Shown here: positions 1 to 11,933 of the stretch, in pieces
How the letters are laid out: each line of letters starts with the position of its first letter
Numbering within the stretch: position 1 is the first letter of the stretch
DNA from: the human T2T-CHM13v2.0 reference genome, Homo sapiens
Length of the DNA: 64,000 bases
Assembly (NCBI RefSeq): GCF_009914755.1
Contig: NC_060929.1
Reading direction: 5' to 3' (one strand)
Notes under the pieces: model-generated
Database searches by the model: none
Seen by the model: the letters and a program-made list of their open reading frames with translations, nothing else
Told to the model about the DNA's origin: nothing
Translations under genes and position numbers: made by a program

Positions 1-1169
1 AGTGGATCTGAGCTCTCTGCAATGACAAGAAGAAGCACATCTTTAACTCAATATGTTCTCTGTGTGTTTGAGCCACATTTAATTTGTTGGCTTTGATATC
101 CCTTTGAATTCCACTCCAGTATAAGGTTTATATAACCCTAGGCTGTTTCACCCAGGAGCTTCCAGTAAGTGACTGTATTTTGTTTGCTTGCTTCTTTTCT
201 GTTTTGTTTGTTTTAAATCACAGGTCTTCCATAAAACTGCCATGCCAGGCAAAGGGGAAAGAGGAAAACAAACTAAAACTGATTTTCATTTGGCTACTAG
301 ATATGACAGCTTAATAAAATATCTTCAACTTTGAAATTTGCAAAATTATCAATGTCACATGAAAACATTCAGATTTTTTTGAAATTTTTGTATTTGTGTG
401 AATATATATATATAAGATGGTATTAGTTATATGAGGGCTGCAGTGATAACATTTATGCTTTTATCAGTCACTTGCCTTCATAACTTTCCTTTCTAGTTCA
501 GAAGAAATTGGACCACTTTGACTTTTTAGAAACTTTGCATGATGCATATGCCCATACTCCTAGCAAGAAACATTAGCATAAACTTGATTCACATGAATGT
601 TTTCCCATTTCCCACCTGAAAAAAGGCATTAGATAGTAACCAAATATTTTAAGTGGCATGGAAGGTTTCTGGTGGAATTGTTGACTCACTTGAGTTCACT
701 TCCACAGTTATAAGATGAGAACATTAATGAAAGGGAATCTTATAGTATCCTTGTTCTCAAGATTAAATGTCTGCTTCCTTTTCAGTTTTAGGTACAAACA
801 AGCTTTAAAAAGTTGGTAGCTTCAAAGTCTTAATAGGTAACTATAATCTAGAAGATAGCGTTTTAGACTTCTTAACCATAGTTTCAAGTTCCCCAATAGA
901 ACAAATAACCTGTCACCTTTATGGTAAGTTAAGTTTTTATGTATTTACCTACTTATTTGAAATCAATTATTTAATTCATTAGTTTGAAAGATTCTTTTAG
1001 GATTCCTACTGTCCTGGAACAGATTAGAAAGTTACTGAGCCAGTCATTCATTGCTATCAGATATGATATGTCTATTCATCACAGTACGGTTTGTAATAGT
1101 ATAAACACTTCAGAAAAAAATGGATAATTAAAGCCTGATACATTCATATTTTGCAATGCTATAGCCATT

Positions 1170-2245
1170 ATCTCTTTATATTGGTGCTGCCAACCTCTTT
1201 ATTCTTCTGATACAATTACAATTTACTTTATGTTAGATATTGCATCTCTATTCTTCATGCCTTTTAACTTCTTTTCTGTGTTTTTTATATCCATCCATCT
1301 ATGCTGAATTCTTGCTCAGTTCTTCATATCTATCTTACAGGTTAAGAGTTATGTCTTCTTCTGAGAAGAGTTTCCTAATAAACTCACTAACTCACTGAAG
1401 CTTTAATTTTAATTATATATCTTAATACCTAAATTTTCTATTTGATCTCTTAATTATTTCAATTATTGGTATTGGAATGCCATTTTTATAGCATCTTGTT
1501 ATTTACTCAAGGTTTTTGTTTGATGTCAGTCTACTAAACAAATTTATTAATTTAAATTTTGGGTCAGATAACTCCAATATCTAAAATATTGCTAGGTCTG
1601 GATTTACTGTCTGTTGTTTTCACCAGCCCTTGTAAAGGTATCTTATTTCATTGTGTGTTTTGTTATTTTTATCAATAACTTTATATTTCATAAAATTTCA
1701 TTTGTAAGAATTCTTTAGTCCCTAACTGAAGAAACTTCAGTTTTTTCAGATTACCCAGATAGTATGAATTCATGATGCAAACCTGCAAAAAGCATTATAT
1801 CTTTTGAAATTCACAGAAGAGGTTTATTTTCTTCATCATTCAATGTGAAGTTTCAAGACAACACATTTTTCTTGTGGTTACTTGGAGGACACATATTTCT
1901 ATTTGTCACTTAACCTGAAGGTATGCCCTTTAAGATCACAGCTCTAACATGTGAGATCTCCAATTAAACTTCCCATCACTGGTGCACACTTAGCTTTATA
2001 TGCTTTATATTTACATTTGCAAGACTCTGATTAGGTCTTCAGATCCTTTAAATGTTCTTCAGGAAAATGCCAAACTCAGATTTTTTTTAACCAATCAGGG
2101 ATAATAATTTTAATCTCTGATTAATGCATTTGAGATTTTATTTTTTTAATTTATTTCATCTAACTTTTTTTCTCTTTTATTTTTTTTAGTAGAAGGGTTT
2201 ATTGATATAATTAGTCTTCATTTTGCCAGAACTAGAAGTCCCATG
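1170..2245 (-). mobile_element. Ancient L1ME/HAL1-type 5'/ORF1 fragment
   Basis: T-rich tract resembling the antisense ORF1 region of old L1/HAL1 (e.g. tctatcttacag...ctgaagctttaattttaattatatat). Highly diverged, boundaries approximate. Confidence 0.45.
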
Positions 2246-2554
2246 ACTAACTCTGGATGCTATTTGTACTTCCAAACTTTCCTATGGCAAGAGAAGAGAT
2301 CAGTTTCCAGTGGTCCAGCACAACTGTTCAAATAGCAGTTGCTGCTTAAATACGGCAATGTAGGTAATGAGTACACATGTCCCAAAATCCTGGCTAGACA
2401 TTCCTCTTCTGTGCTTTGACAGCATCTTCTACTTCCTTTAAAATTTTTTCATTTCAAATTTTAAATTTCTTGCTTAGAAGGCTATAAACCTATTGGATAT
2501 TATGTTCCTTGAGGGAAGAGCCTTCTTGTTTGTTCTTTTTAAAAACGATTTTAA

Positions 2555-5055
2555 AATACATTTTTTTTTGTAGCAGTTTTAGGTTCACAGCGAAATTAAG
2601 CAGAAAGTTCCCATATTTCCCTACCCTCACACACCCACAGTCTTCTCCACTATCAACATCTCACACCACAGTGGTATAATTGTAACAACCAATCAATCTA
2701 TATTATCACATCATTAATACCCAAAGTCCATAACTTCCATTAGCGTTCACTCTTGGTGCTGTGCATTCTATAGGTTTGGACAAGTGTATGATGATATGCA
2801 CCTACAACTGTAGGATCATACAGAATAGTTTTACCTCTCTGAAAATCATGTGTTCTGTCTATTCAACCCTCCCACCTCCCTAAACTGGACAACCACTGAT
2901 TTTATTTATTTTTTACTGTCTTTATAGTTTTACCTCTGTATTTTGGAAGATATGGACATTGTAGAGAATTTATATCATTTATTTTTTAAATGTTTGGCAG
3001 AATTGCTGCTGAAGCCGTCTGGGCCTGCTGCTTTCTGTTTTAAAAATTATTCATTATTATTTAATTCCTTTAATACATATAGGCCTATTAAGATTGTCCA
3101 TTTCTTCTTGTGTGAGTTTTGGCAGATTGTGCCTTTCAAGAAATTGATCTATTTCATTTAAGTTCTCAAATTTCTGGGCACAGACTTGTTCCAAATATAT
3201 TTTTTATCCTTTTAATATCCATGGTATCTGTAGTGATACCACCTTTCCCATTTCTGATATTAGTAATTTGTGTGTTCTCTCTTTATTTCTTACTCTGTCC
3301 AGAGACTTATGAATTTTAGTGATCTTTTCAAATAATGTTTGGTTCTGTTGATTTCCTCTATTGAGTTTCTGTTTTCAATTTTATGTATTTCTGCTCTACT
3401 CTTATTTCTGTTTTTCTGCTTACTTTAAAATTAATTTGCACATTTTTTAGTTCACTAAGGTGGAAGTTTAGATTATTGATGCTCAATCTTCCTTCTTTTC
3501 TAATATATGCATCCAATGCATTGCTTTCACTGTATCTCATAAATTTTGATAAGTTGTATTTTCATTTTTAGTTTAAAATATATATTTAAAATTTTTTCTT
3601 GACCCCTGTGTTATTTGCAAGTGTGTTGTTTAATCTCCAAATATTAGAAATCTGTCTACGATCAATTTCTAAGTTAATTTCATTGTGGTCTGAGAGTAGA
3701 TATTGTATAATTCCTATTTTTAATTTTGGTAAGATGCATTTTATGGACTAAGATGTGGGATAGCTTAGTGAATGTTCCTTGTGAGCTTGAGAAGAATGTT
3801 TATTTTGTTTTTGTTAAGTAGTCTGCAGGTGTTAGTGATATCCAGTTGATTAATGATGCTATTCAGTTCAATTATGCCCTTATTAATTATCTGCTTTTTG
3901 GATCTATTCATTTCTGATAAGGGGGTGCTAAAGTACTCAAATATAATAGTGGATTTATTTATTCCTTTTTGCAGTTTTATCAGTTTTTGCCTCGCATATT
4001 AATATTTGGATGCTTTGTTGTTAGGTACATGCACATTAAAGATTGTTATGGATAATTAAAGAATTGAGACCTTTATTGCTATGTAATTCCTTCTTTGTCT
4101 CTGATAACTTTTCTCTCTCTGATGTTATCTCTGTCTGAAATTAATATAGCTACTTCCACTTTCTTTTGATTAGAGTTAGTTAGTTAGCATGATCATTCTG
4201 CATCCCATTACTTTTTATCATCTATATATGTCTTGATATTCAAAACGGGTTACTGTAAACAACATATAGTTGGATCTTATTTTTGAACCCTTGCAATCTC
4301 TGTCTCTGAATAGTTATATTGAGACCATTGATGTTTAAAGTGATTATTAATACAGTTGACATACTACCTATCACACATGTTACTATTTTCTGTTTGTTTT
4401 CCCTTTTCCTTACTTCTATTTTTATCTGCCATACATTTTCTACCTCTTGTGGTTTTAATCGAGTATTTATATGATTCATTTTTTTGCTTCTGTTAGTATA
4501 TCAGTGAGACTTCTTTATCTTCCTTTTTTAGTGGCTGCCCTAGAATTTCCAATATACATTAGAAGCCAATTAAAGTCTACTTTCAAATAACACACAATAC
4601 TGCTTCAAAGCAGTGCACATGCCTTATAATACCAAAATATTCCTAGGTGTTCTATCCTGCCCCTTACATGACTGTCACTCATTTTACTTATACATAAAAC
4701 ATATATACATATTACATACATAATGTATATTCAAATATGTTGTTGCTTTTATTATTTTGAACAAACTAATTTTTATTAGAATAAACTATTACCTTTTAAA
4801 ACAAAAGAATTAGAAAATAAAAGGCTTTTTGTACTCTCACTTACTCATTTCTTCCTTTCTTTAAATACATATGAGCTTGTGACCTATGTTATTTCCTTCT
4901 CCCCAAAGAACTTTTAACGTTGCTCACAAGGCGGTTTACTGACAAAAATTTCTTGAATTTTTGTTTGTCTGAGAGGTCTTTACTTCTTTTTCACTTTTGA
5001 AGAATAGTTTTTCAAGGTATAGAATTATGAGTTTGTGAATTTTTCCTCTCAACAC
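2555..5055 (-). mobile_element. L1MC1/2-type LINE-1 with large internal deletion
   Basis: L1MC 3' end in antisense (tagcagttttaggttcacagcgaaattaag...) to ~2935, joined to antisense ORF2 (gaagccgtctgggcctg). Minus ORF 4240-4479 contains the ORF2 N-terminal motif IITLNINGLN. Confidence 0.8.
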
Positions 5056-6789
5056 AAAACAAAAACAAAAACAAAAAATGGCTTATTGCTTTGCAGACTG
5101 TAGGCACTTGACAAGTGTGTGCTGAATGAACATACAAAAGAATGAATAAACAAATGGATGAGAGAATGATTACATGTGGCCCTTCACTTACTTTGCTCCC
5201 ACGGAATTTGAGGTAGCCATAGATGCCAAGAGGACACACTGATTTTTTTGACACATCTGCAGACTTCTTGTCGGACTTGCTAACTAGAAGGTCCTCTTAA
5301 GATCTTATTCCTCACAATGACACAATCCCCAGTGTTAGAGAATTTGAGATAAATCAGTAATTTGTGCCCTAGTCCTCCTTAATACTCCCTCCTTCTTGTT
5401 TCTAGAAGGCAGGGATTTATTTAGCATAAAACAATGAGAGGCCATCATTTCTAGCAAGAGACTTTTGGTGTGCCTGGGAGATGCTCCACTCTAAAGAATG
5501 AGAAGACTCAATGATAATGGAATTTGTGGCCTCATACGTAAAAGCCATTAACAAGATGCAAATAGAATTCTGGGGAAAATGGCAGAGACGCAAAAATTGA
5601 AGTTGCAAGGGAAGGCCAAGGGTTAAGGAATTCTTCATATTTCCTCTAATGGAAAGCTTGCTTGCACTAACATATAATCCCACAGGAAGAGTAACCTTTT
5701 TGTATCACTCAAGAACCACAGAGTATGGTTTAATCAAGAATGGGTACAATTGGCTTCACTCTGGCATAGGACTCTTTCCCTATCCGTTTAGACATTTCAG
5801 GCCATAATGACAGGATGACAACGGCCTAGGAATCCATACCTTTTGGGAGTGTCTCTAACTTTTGGAAGTACAACCCGCTTATATATTGAGAAGAGGCAGT
5901 CTGCTGCTCCATTGCTAAAACTCCTGGGTTTTGATTGGCATGAAAAAAGCTACAGGACACTTTTCACCGTACCTCTTGTGTGAGATCGTTTTGGGACAGT
6001 AAAACATCTTTTGTTTCTTGGCCAAGCAAGATAATTAAAACGTTAAAAATAAAAGCCCCTCAAATGTTGGCACATCAAATTGTAGTGCCTAAAACTGAAG
6101 AACAGGATCTTCTCTGCCACCTGTACTCATCACTAACAACAACAAAAAAAGAAAAGATAATAGAACAATGCAGTTGGGATCAGTTACTTTGTCAATGGGT
6201 CATTTTTAATAGCATTGCAATATCAAAGTTACAGTCATTCTTTCCTGGATTCCCAACAACATAGGATGACACCTATTCTTGGTAACTTTGAGAATGTTAT
6301 ATAATGCTGGGTGCAAATACAAACTTTAGGGTATTCAGACTTTTGGCATGTGAAGAGTAACTTCCATGCCTCTACTTCCTCCCACTTTACAGCTTGCAGA
6401 GGGGATGTAATGGGGACCAACATTATATAGAGACTTTCAAATAGGGTTAGGCTGCTATTAAAGGTGCACTTGTCTGCTTCTCTTGGCTAGTCACCCTTGA
6501 ATCTAATTTCCTGGCAGACTCTGATCTGATTTCAGTTCCACTTGGCAACCTGCCTAACTCTAAAATGCTTCCAGAATGTAGTAGGTTACTGTATGTATTT
6601 TTACCTTGAGCTGTATTATACTTTGATTGATTGACTCACTCTAGCTGTAATGCTCAACTGAAAACTTCTGAGCTTCATATATTAAAGGGCACAGGACTAC
6701 CTTTTGTTGGCTATTAAGCACGTGGATGAATGCATTATTCTGTAATGTGGTGGAAAGACCATCCACTTTGTAATCAAACAAATATGAAG

Positions 6790-6935
6790 AAAGTTTCTAA
6801 GATCTGGAGTGTCAGTATGCTCATTTGTAAATAAGACGGCTAAGATAAACCGTACCATGGAGCCATTAGGAAAATTGAACTCACATGGAGTCCCTAGCAT
6901 AGTCCCTAGCATAGAGTCCGTGCTCAAAGTAGCTT
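6790..6935 (+). mobile_element. MIR fragment
   Basis: MIR core-like (cagtatgctcatttgtaaa) and 3' end (ctagcatagagtccgtgctcaaa); contains a 12-bp internal tandem duplication agtccctagcat. Confidence 0.5.
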
Positions 6936-7044
6936 TGAAAAGTAAATAAATTTAAACAGAAAGCCAGATATTGTCAAAGGCTTAGGGCACAAGAGAGCCA
7001 TGACTGAACTGTACAGAACTGATGTTTTAAAGGCCAAAATTTCA

Positions 7045-7369
7045 GGCTGGGAACGGTGGCTCATACCTGTAATACCAACAATTTGGGAGGCCAAAGTGGG
7101 AGGATTGCTTGACCCAAAAGTTTGAGACCAGCCTGGGCAACATAGGAAGACTTTGTCTCTGCAGAAAAACATAAAAATAAAACATTAGCTGGGCATAGTG
7201 GCTCATGCTGGTAGTCCTAGATACTTGAGAGGCTGAGGCAAGAGGATTGCTTGAGCCCAGGAAGTCAAGGCTACAGTGAATCTTGATCACTCCACTGCAC
7301 TCCAGCTTGGGCAAAGTGAGGCCCTGTCTCAGTAAATAAATACATAAATAAATAAAAATTAAAAATAAA
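7045..7369 (+). mobile_element. AluJ, full-length
   Basis: ggctgggaacggtggctcatacctgtaat start, AluJ motifs aggattgcttgagcccaggaagtcaaggctacagtg, A-rich (taaa)n tail. Confidence 0.95.
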
Positions 7370-7756
7370 GAACATAATTGGTTAGCAGGATGTGTTTTTC
7401 TCAATCAGTGCTTTAGCATGCAATCTGATACACCCAATTGTTCAGAACAGATTGAGTACCTTGCTTATTGCTGATACATTAATTTTGTGCCAGATATTTG
7501 GAATAATATTAGATCCAACAAAATGCTATAAAATTATGCATAAAACTATCTCTTATTTTGGGAATTTGCAAAAGATTTTTTTTGGACATTTTCAATGGAA
7601 TAGTTTGATCTGATCAACTCTTTGGTAAAACAATGGTACAGAAAGTCCACTAGGTTCACTTTTTTCAAACTGGTATTTTTCTCTGAATAAATACTCATGG
7701 AAATTACAGTGTTTTTATTCATTGGATTTTCTTTCCTCCTTTTCCTTTTTCTCCAG

Positions 7757-7779
7757 CGAGGCAACCTTTCTTCTAGAAC
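7757..7779 (+). other. Candidate 23-nt microexon, copy 1
   Basis: Long polypyrimidine tract + ctccag|CGAGGCAACCTTTCTTCTAGAAC|gtatgt. Signal-based only. Confidence 0.35.
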
Positions 7780-8104
7780 GTATGTTCTTCAGAATAGATT
7801 GAGTATCACGCTTATTGCTGATACTTTAATTCTGTGCCAGATATTTGGAATAATATTAGGTCCAGCAAAATGCTTTAAAAATTATGCATAAAACTATTTC
7901 TTATTTTGGGAATTTGCAAAAGATTTTTTTTGGACATTTTAAATGAAATGGTTTGATCTGATCAACTCTTTGGTGAAACAATACTACAGAAAGTTCACTA
8001 GGTTCACTTTTTTCAAACTGGTATTTTTCTCTGAATAAATAGTCATGGAAATTACAGTGTTTTTATTCATTGGATTTTCTTTCCTCCTTTTCCTTTTTCT
8101 CCAG

Positions 8105-8127
8105 AGAGGCCACCTTTCTTCAAGAAT
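8105..8127 (+). other. Candidate 23-nt microexon, copy 2
   Basis: Long polypyrimidine tract + ctccag|AGAGGCCACCTTTCTTCAAGAAT|gtatgt. Signal-based only. Confidence 0.4.
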
Positions 8128-8256
8128 GTATGTTCTGACACTCTCTGCACTGTTTGTTCACATCTCTCTCTATTTTCACTGAAGCTAGTAGAATTGAAAT
8201 ATTGACTCTTCCCTGGTGTGTTGGTGAAAGGATCGTCTAACCATTTTCCACTTAAG

Positions 8257-8297
8257 AAACCCATTTCTGAGGGGACTCTTTGGAGGCGCTCTTCACA
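8257..8297 (+). other. Candidate 41-nt exon
   Basis: Branch-point-like ctaac, then cattttccacttaag| acceptor and ACA|gtaagt donor. Confidence 0.35.
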
Positions 8298-10043
8298 GTA
8301 AGTTCAATCTTCTGAGGCTGAAATAGCATACTGTTAATGCTTTTTGAAGATCACCTGCAAAGGGAGCCCACTGCTAAATTTCCCAACTGACAAGAAAATG
8401 CCCATCAGGCTATGTAGCTGTTGATAGATTCTAAAGAAGACATCATTCTAAATGCGTGTGCGTGTGCCTGTGTGAGATGCTGCCGTAGGGAGTTTGCTCT
8501 GGGATATGTTTCTGAATTGGAAGTTGATTTTCAAGTCATTTTGGGAATTCAGGAAAGTTTTTTTTTTTAATACTTGCATCAGGCCCATTATCAGAGACTC
8601 AATCATAATCGACCTGTGAATACAGCCACATTGTTCCTAAGCAAACTCATGAATAAAAAAAGCAACTATATTTGCCTGTGACTGTGGGGGCAAAATTTGA
8701 TAAGGAAACAGATGGCATGTTGTAGCTTCCAGGAATTTTCAATAAATAAGCTGATATTGAAAGAGATTTGCAAAAAAAAAATCCAAATAATATTTTAGCT
8801 GTGTGTTTGTGCATGTGTGTGTATGTTGAAAATTAAATACTAGAGTTCAATGTTGATTAATGTCAATGTCAAAGCTTACAAACCTCAGAACTGAATAATT
8901 CTGAATACATATTCTATGATATGCAGAGCTCATTGTTAACCTTAGCCTTCCTTTGCATTGATACACCACTTTTGCCAACTTGGAGGCCTGAACACCACAT
9001 TAATTCCATAACAGGTGGCAAAACTCCTACTACCCAATGAGTCAAGAGTGAAGCACATTTTAAGCAAATATTGTGTAGGCTGTCTTCTCTCAAAAGAGGT
9101 ATGTTTCAGGGGGCAACAGTATTTTCAAATGGGAGTAGGAAAATGTAAGTATTTTGAGTTTTCCAAAGAAAGCAGTAAATAAATACAGTAGCATTTCATC
9201 ATGCAAACATTTTAACATGTCTCAAACCACATGTACTGTGTCTCATCCTATAAAAATCTTATAAAATAAGATTTTCATATGTATGCTTTATTGTATTCTA
9301 TATGTTACTCTATTACTAATATATATTCTACATTAATGTGATTCTATAAGATTGAACATATCTAACTCCTTATTTGTATTTATGGAGAATTTTTAGCAAT
9401 TTTCAATGATGAAACTGTTCCCAGGTGATTTTTGACTATGTACTGAGTTTAGAACTCAAACAGTATCATATGCACCTCACTGTCATTTACAAAAGTTTGC
9501 CCTCACATGGTTCCCATTCACCCAGGCCCTACCTCCCACTGTTCCTTCTTATCTGGCTCAGAATCTCCCCTGCTCACTTTGATCTCTGCCTCTTCCATCT
9601 CTTCCTCTGGTATCACTGAGAGCTTTAACTCTTTGAACTTTCTCCTCAGCTGATCCCCCTACATGTAAATATTTCCTGTATTATTTGCTTTGGTGGTTTG
9701 TCTTTTTTGTTTTCCAATTTCTTTTCTCCTTCCTCAATCACTCCTCCTCCTTTTCCAGGCTGTGATGAGTAGAAATAGCCTTAAGTACCATCATGGAGGC
9801 TACTCTGGCTATTTTTTGTCCCCTGATCCTGAAAGTGGTGACTCCTTCCTGTGGGGCCACAGCACTGGTCATCACCATGTCAGGATACTAGCAAAGCTTT
9901 TGTGGGATGTCTGCTTCAACCACTACAGAACAGTCTTCAGTGAGAAATAAATAAAAGGTGGGACTCTTTTCAGTATGAACTTGGTTTTCATTAACTGTGC
10001 TGGCCACACCAAAAGTTTTAGGGTATTAAGATTGTGAGCTCTG

Positions 10044-10271
10044 CTCAGGAGTTCGAGACCAGCCTAAGCAACAGGGTGAAACCTTGTCTGTACAAAAAAT
10101 ATAAAAAATTAGCTGGGCATGATGGTGTGCACCTGTAGTCCCAGATACTCCTGAGTCTAAGGTGAGAGGATAGCTTGAGCCTGGGAGACAAAACCTGTAG
10201 TGAGCCCACCACTGCACTCCAGCCTGGGTGACAGAGTGAGACCCTGTCAAAAAAAAAAGGGAAGAAAAGCA
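10044..10271 (+). mobile_element. 5'-truncated AluJ inserted in a MIR, 16-bp TSD
   Basis: Alu body caggagttcgagaccagcc...gagaccctgtc + A tail; TSD aagattgtgagctctg at 10028-10043 and 10272-10287. Confidence 0.93.
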
Positions 10272-10495
10272 AAGATTGTGAGCTCTGAAAGCAAACCACC
10301 TTGGTTCAAATCCCAGTTTCACTATGTATGAACGGTGTGACCTGAGTGAAGTAAGTTTCATGAACTCTAAATTTCCTAGTTTGCAATAATAACATTTGAT
10401 TACAATTGGTATGGAGATTTAAAGGAGCCAATGTATGTAAATTGCTTAGGATGGAGCCTGCAATGTAGTAAGAACTCCTAAAAAGTGAGCTACTA
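10272..10495 (+). mobile_element. MIR (host of the AluJ)
   Basis: ggttcaaatcccagtttcactatgtatgaacggtgtgacctgagtgaagt MIR core; 3' end gtaagaactcctaaaaagtgagctacta. Confidence 0.7.
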
Positions 10496-11651
10496 TATCA
10501 TATAGTGATAACATTCCGTAATTAATTAATCCTCCCAACAACCCTTTATCAAGTACTGTTCAAGTGCCAGGCACTATGCTAATCAGTGGAGAAATAAGAC
10601 AAATTAGGCAAAGCACCTGCCTTCAAGAACCACAGAGTCAAGAATTAGAGAACAATAGGCAAGTGAGTTAAGCCAAACTGTCACCAAGGTCACTGCCTCC
10701 CTCCCTTGCTGTGCTTAGCCAGCCTGGTTCTCCCTGCAGATGCAGTTTCAGGGGATGCTGTGAACTGATCAGAAAATCAATAGAAGGCAACTTGGAGGGG
10801 AGGGTGCAGAGGACATTGTCATTGTGACTTGGTCCCCTTAAGAGCTGAGATGCTTACTCAAGAGCTGGAGGTTAGAGTAGAGGCAGGCTCCACTCTCTGA
10901 CCTCAAGGTATGAGCTTTGTTAGGAAATGAGCAGCTCTTCCTGAGAAATTCTCAGGAGACATGTCATACACTGCATCTTCCATGAAAGGCCAAGTCTTGG
11001 TTATGGCAGGAGGTGGCAGGAGGTAGAAGGAAAGTTCTGTGACCAAGTATGGATGAAAATGAATTTTTAATTTTACCATGTGCCTGGGATTTCAGAGGGT
11101 CTCAAATAAAAGACTAGTGACAAGGGAGCTATAAGAGATTGTGTCAGGAGAGAGGAAGAATGGCCAAGTACAGGGATGAGAACATTAGTCTGCAAAGAGG
11201 GCTGACTGTTCCTACAATTTTTGACAGTGACCAGGGCTAATAGAGAAGTGACATGTGGTAGGATTAATGGCACATAAATTTTCACACAGGGCTCTCCACT
11301 TACACATTTTCAGCTTCATTTTGTAACACTACTTCATGGATGCAATGCATGCTCTAAACCATTTATAGGAGTAGCACTGTTGGGGTCAAGGCCAAGTCTT
11401 TCAGACCAAAAACCAAATTCTCCCAGACGTTCACAAAGTCAGAAAAATTTGTAGAACTGACCTAATATGAAAACAAAGAACAGATTTTTATATTATTAAA
11501 GAAAACACTTTGAAACTTAAAAAAAAATGTAACTGATTCACATAATCTTATTGAAACATTGGCAAATATTCAGCCTACCTATACTATCCTTAATTAAAAT
11601 GACTTATTTTACCACGATAAATTTAAATTTAAATTATTTCAAAATACTTCC

Positions 11652-11933
11652 GGCATTGGGAGGCTGCGGTAGGAGGATTGCTTGAGGCCAGGAGTTCAAG
11701 ACCAGCCTAAGCAACATAGTGAGCCTCTGCCTCTACAAAAAGCTTTAAAAAATAAAAAAAAAATAGCTGGGCAAAGTTGTGTGTACCCATAGTCCCAGCT
11801 ACTTGGGAAGCTGAGACAGGAGGATTGCTTGAGCTCAGGAGTTTGAGGATGGAATGAGCTATGGTCATGCCACTACGTGACAGACAGCCTGACAGAGCGA
11901 GTTGCTGTCTCAAAATAAATAAATAAATAAAAT
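11652..11933 (+). mobile_element. AluJ, slightly 5'-truncated
   Basis: aggaggattgcttgaggccaggagttcaagaccagcc, (taaa)n tail, degenerate TSD aaatacttcc / aaacacttcc. Confidence 0.92.

Larger units (their letters stand above)
7441..8135. repeat. Direct tandem duplication, 2 units of ~347 bp (7441-7787; 7788-8135)
   Basis: Units align end to end from ttcagaa(c/t)agattgag to gtatgttc with about 23 differences by manual count (~93% identity). ORFs 7392-7613 and 7697-7891 share LIADTLILCQIFGIIL. Confidence 0.95.

Noticed and set aside
5056-5078. (AAAAC)n run at the L1MC boundary as a retrocopy tail
   Set aside because: No upstream sense element or TSD; treated as a simple repeat.
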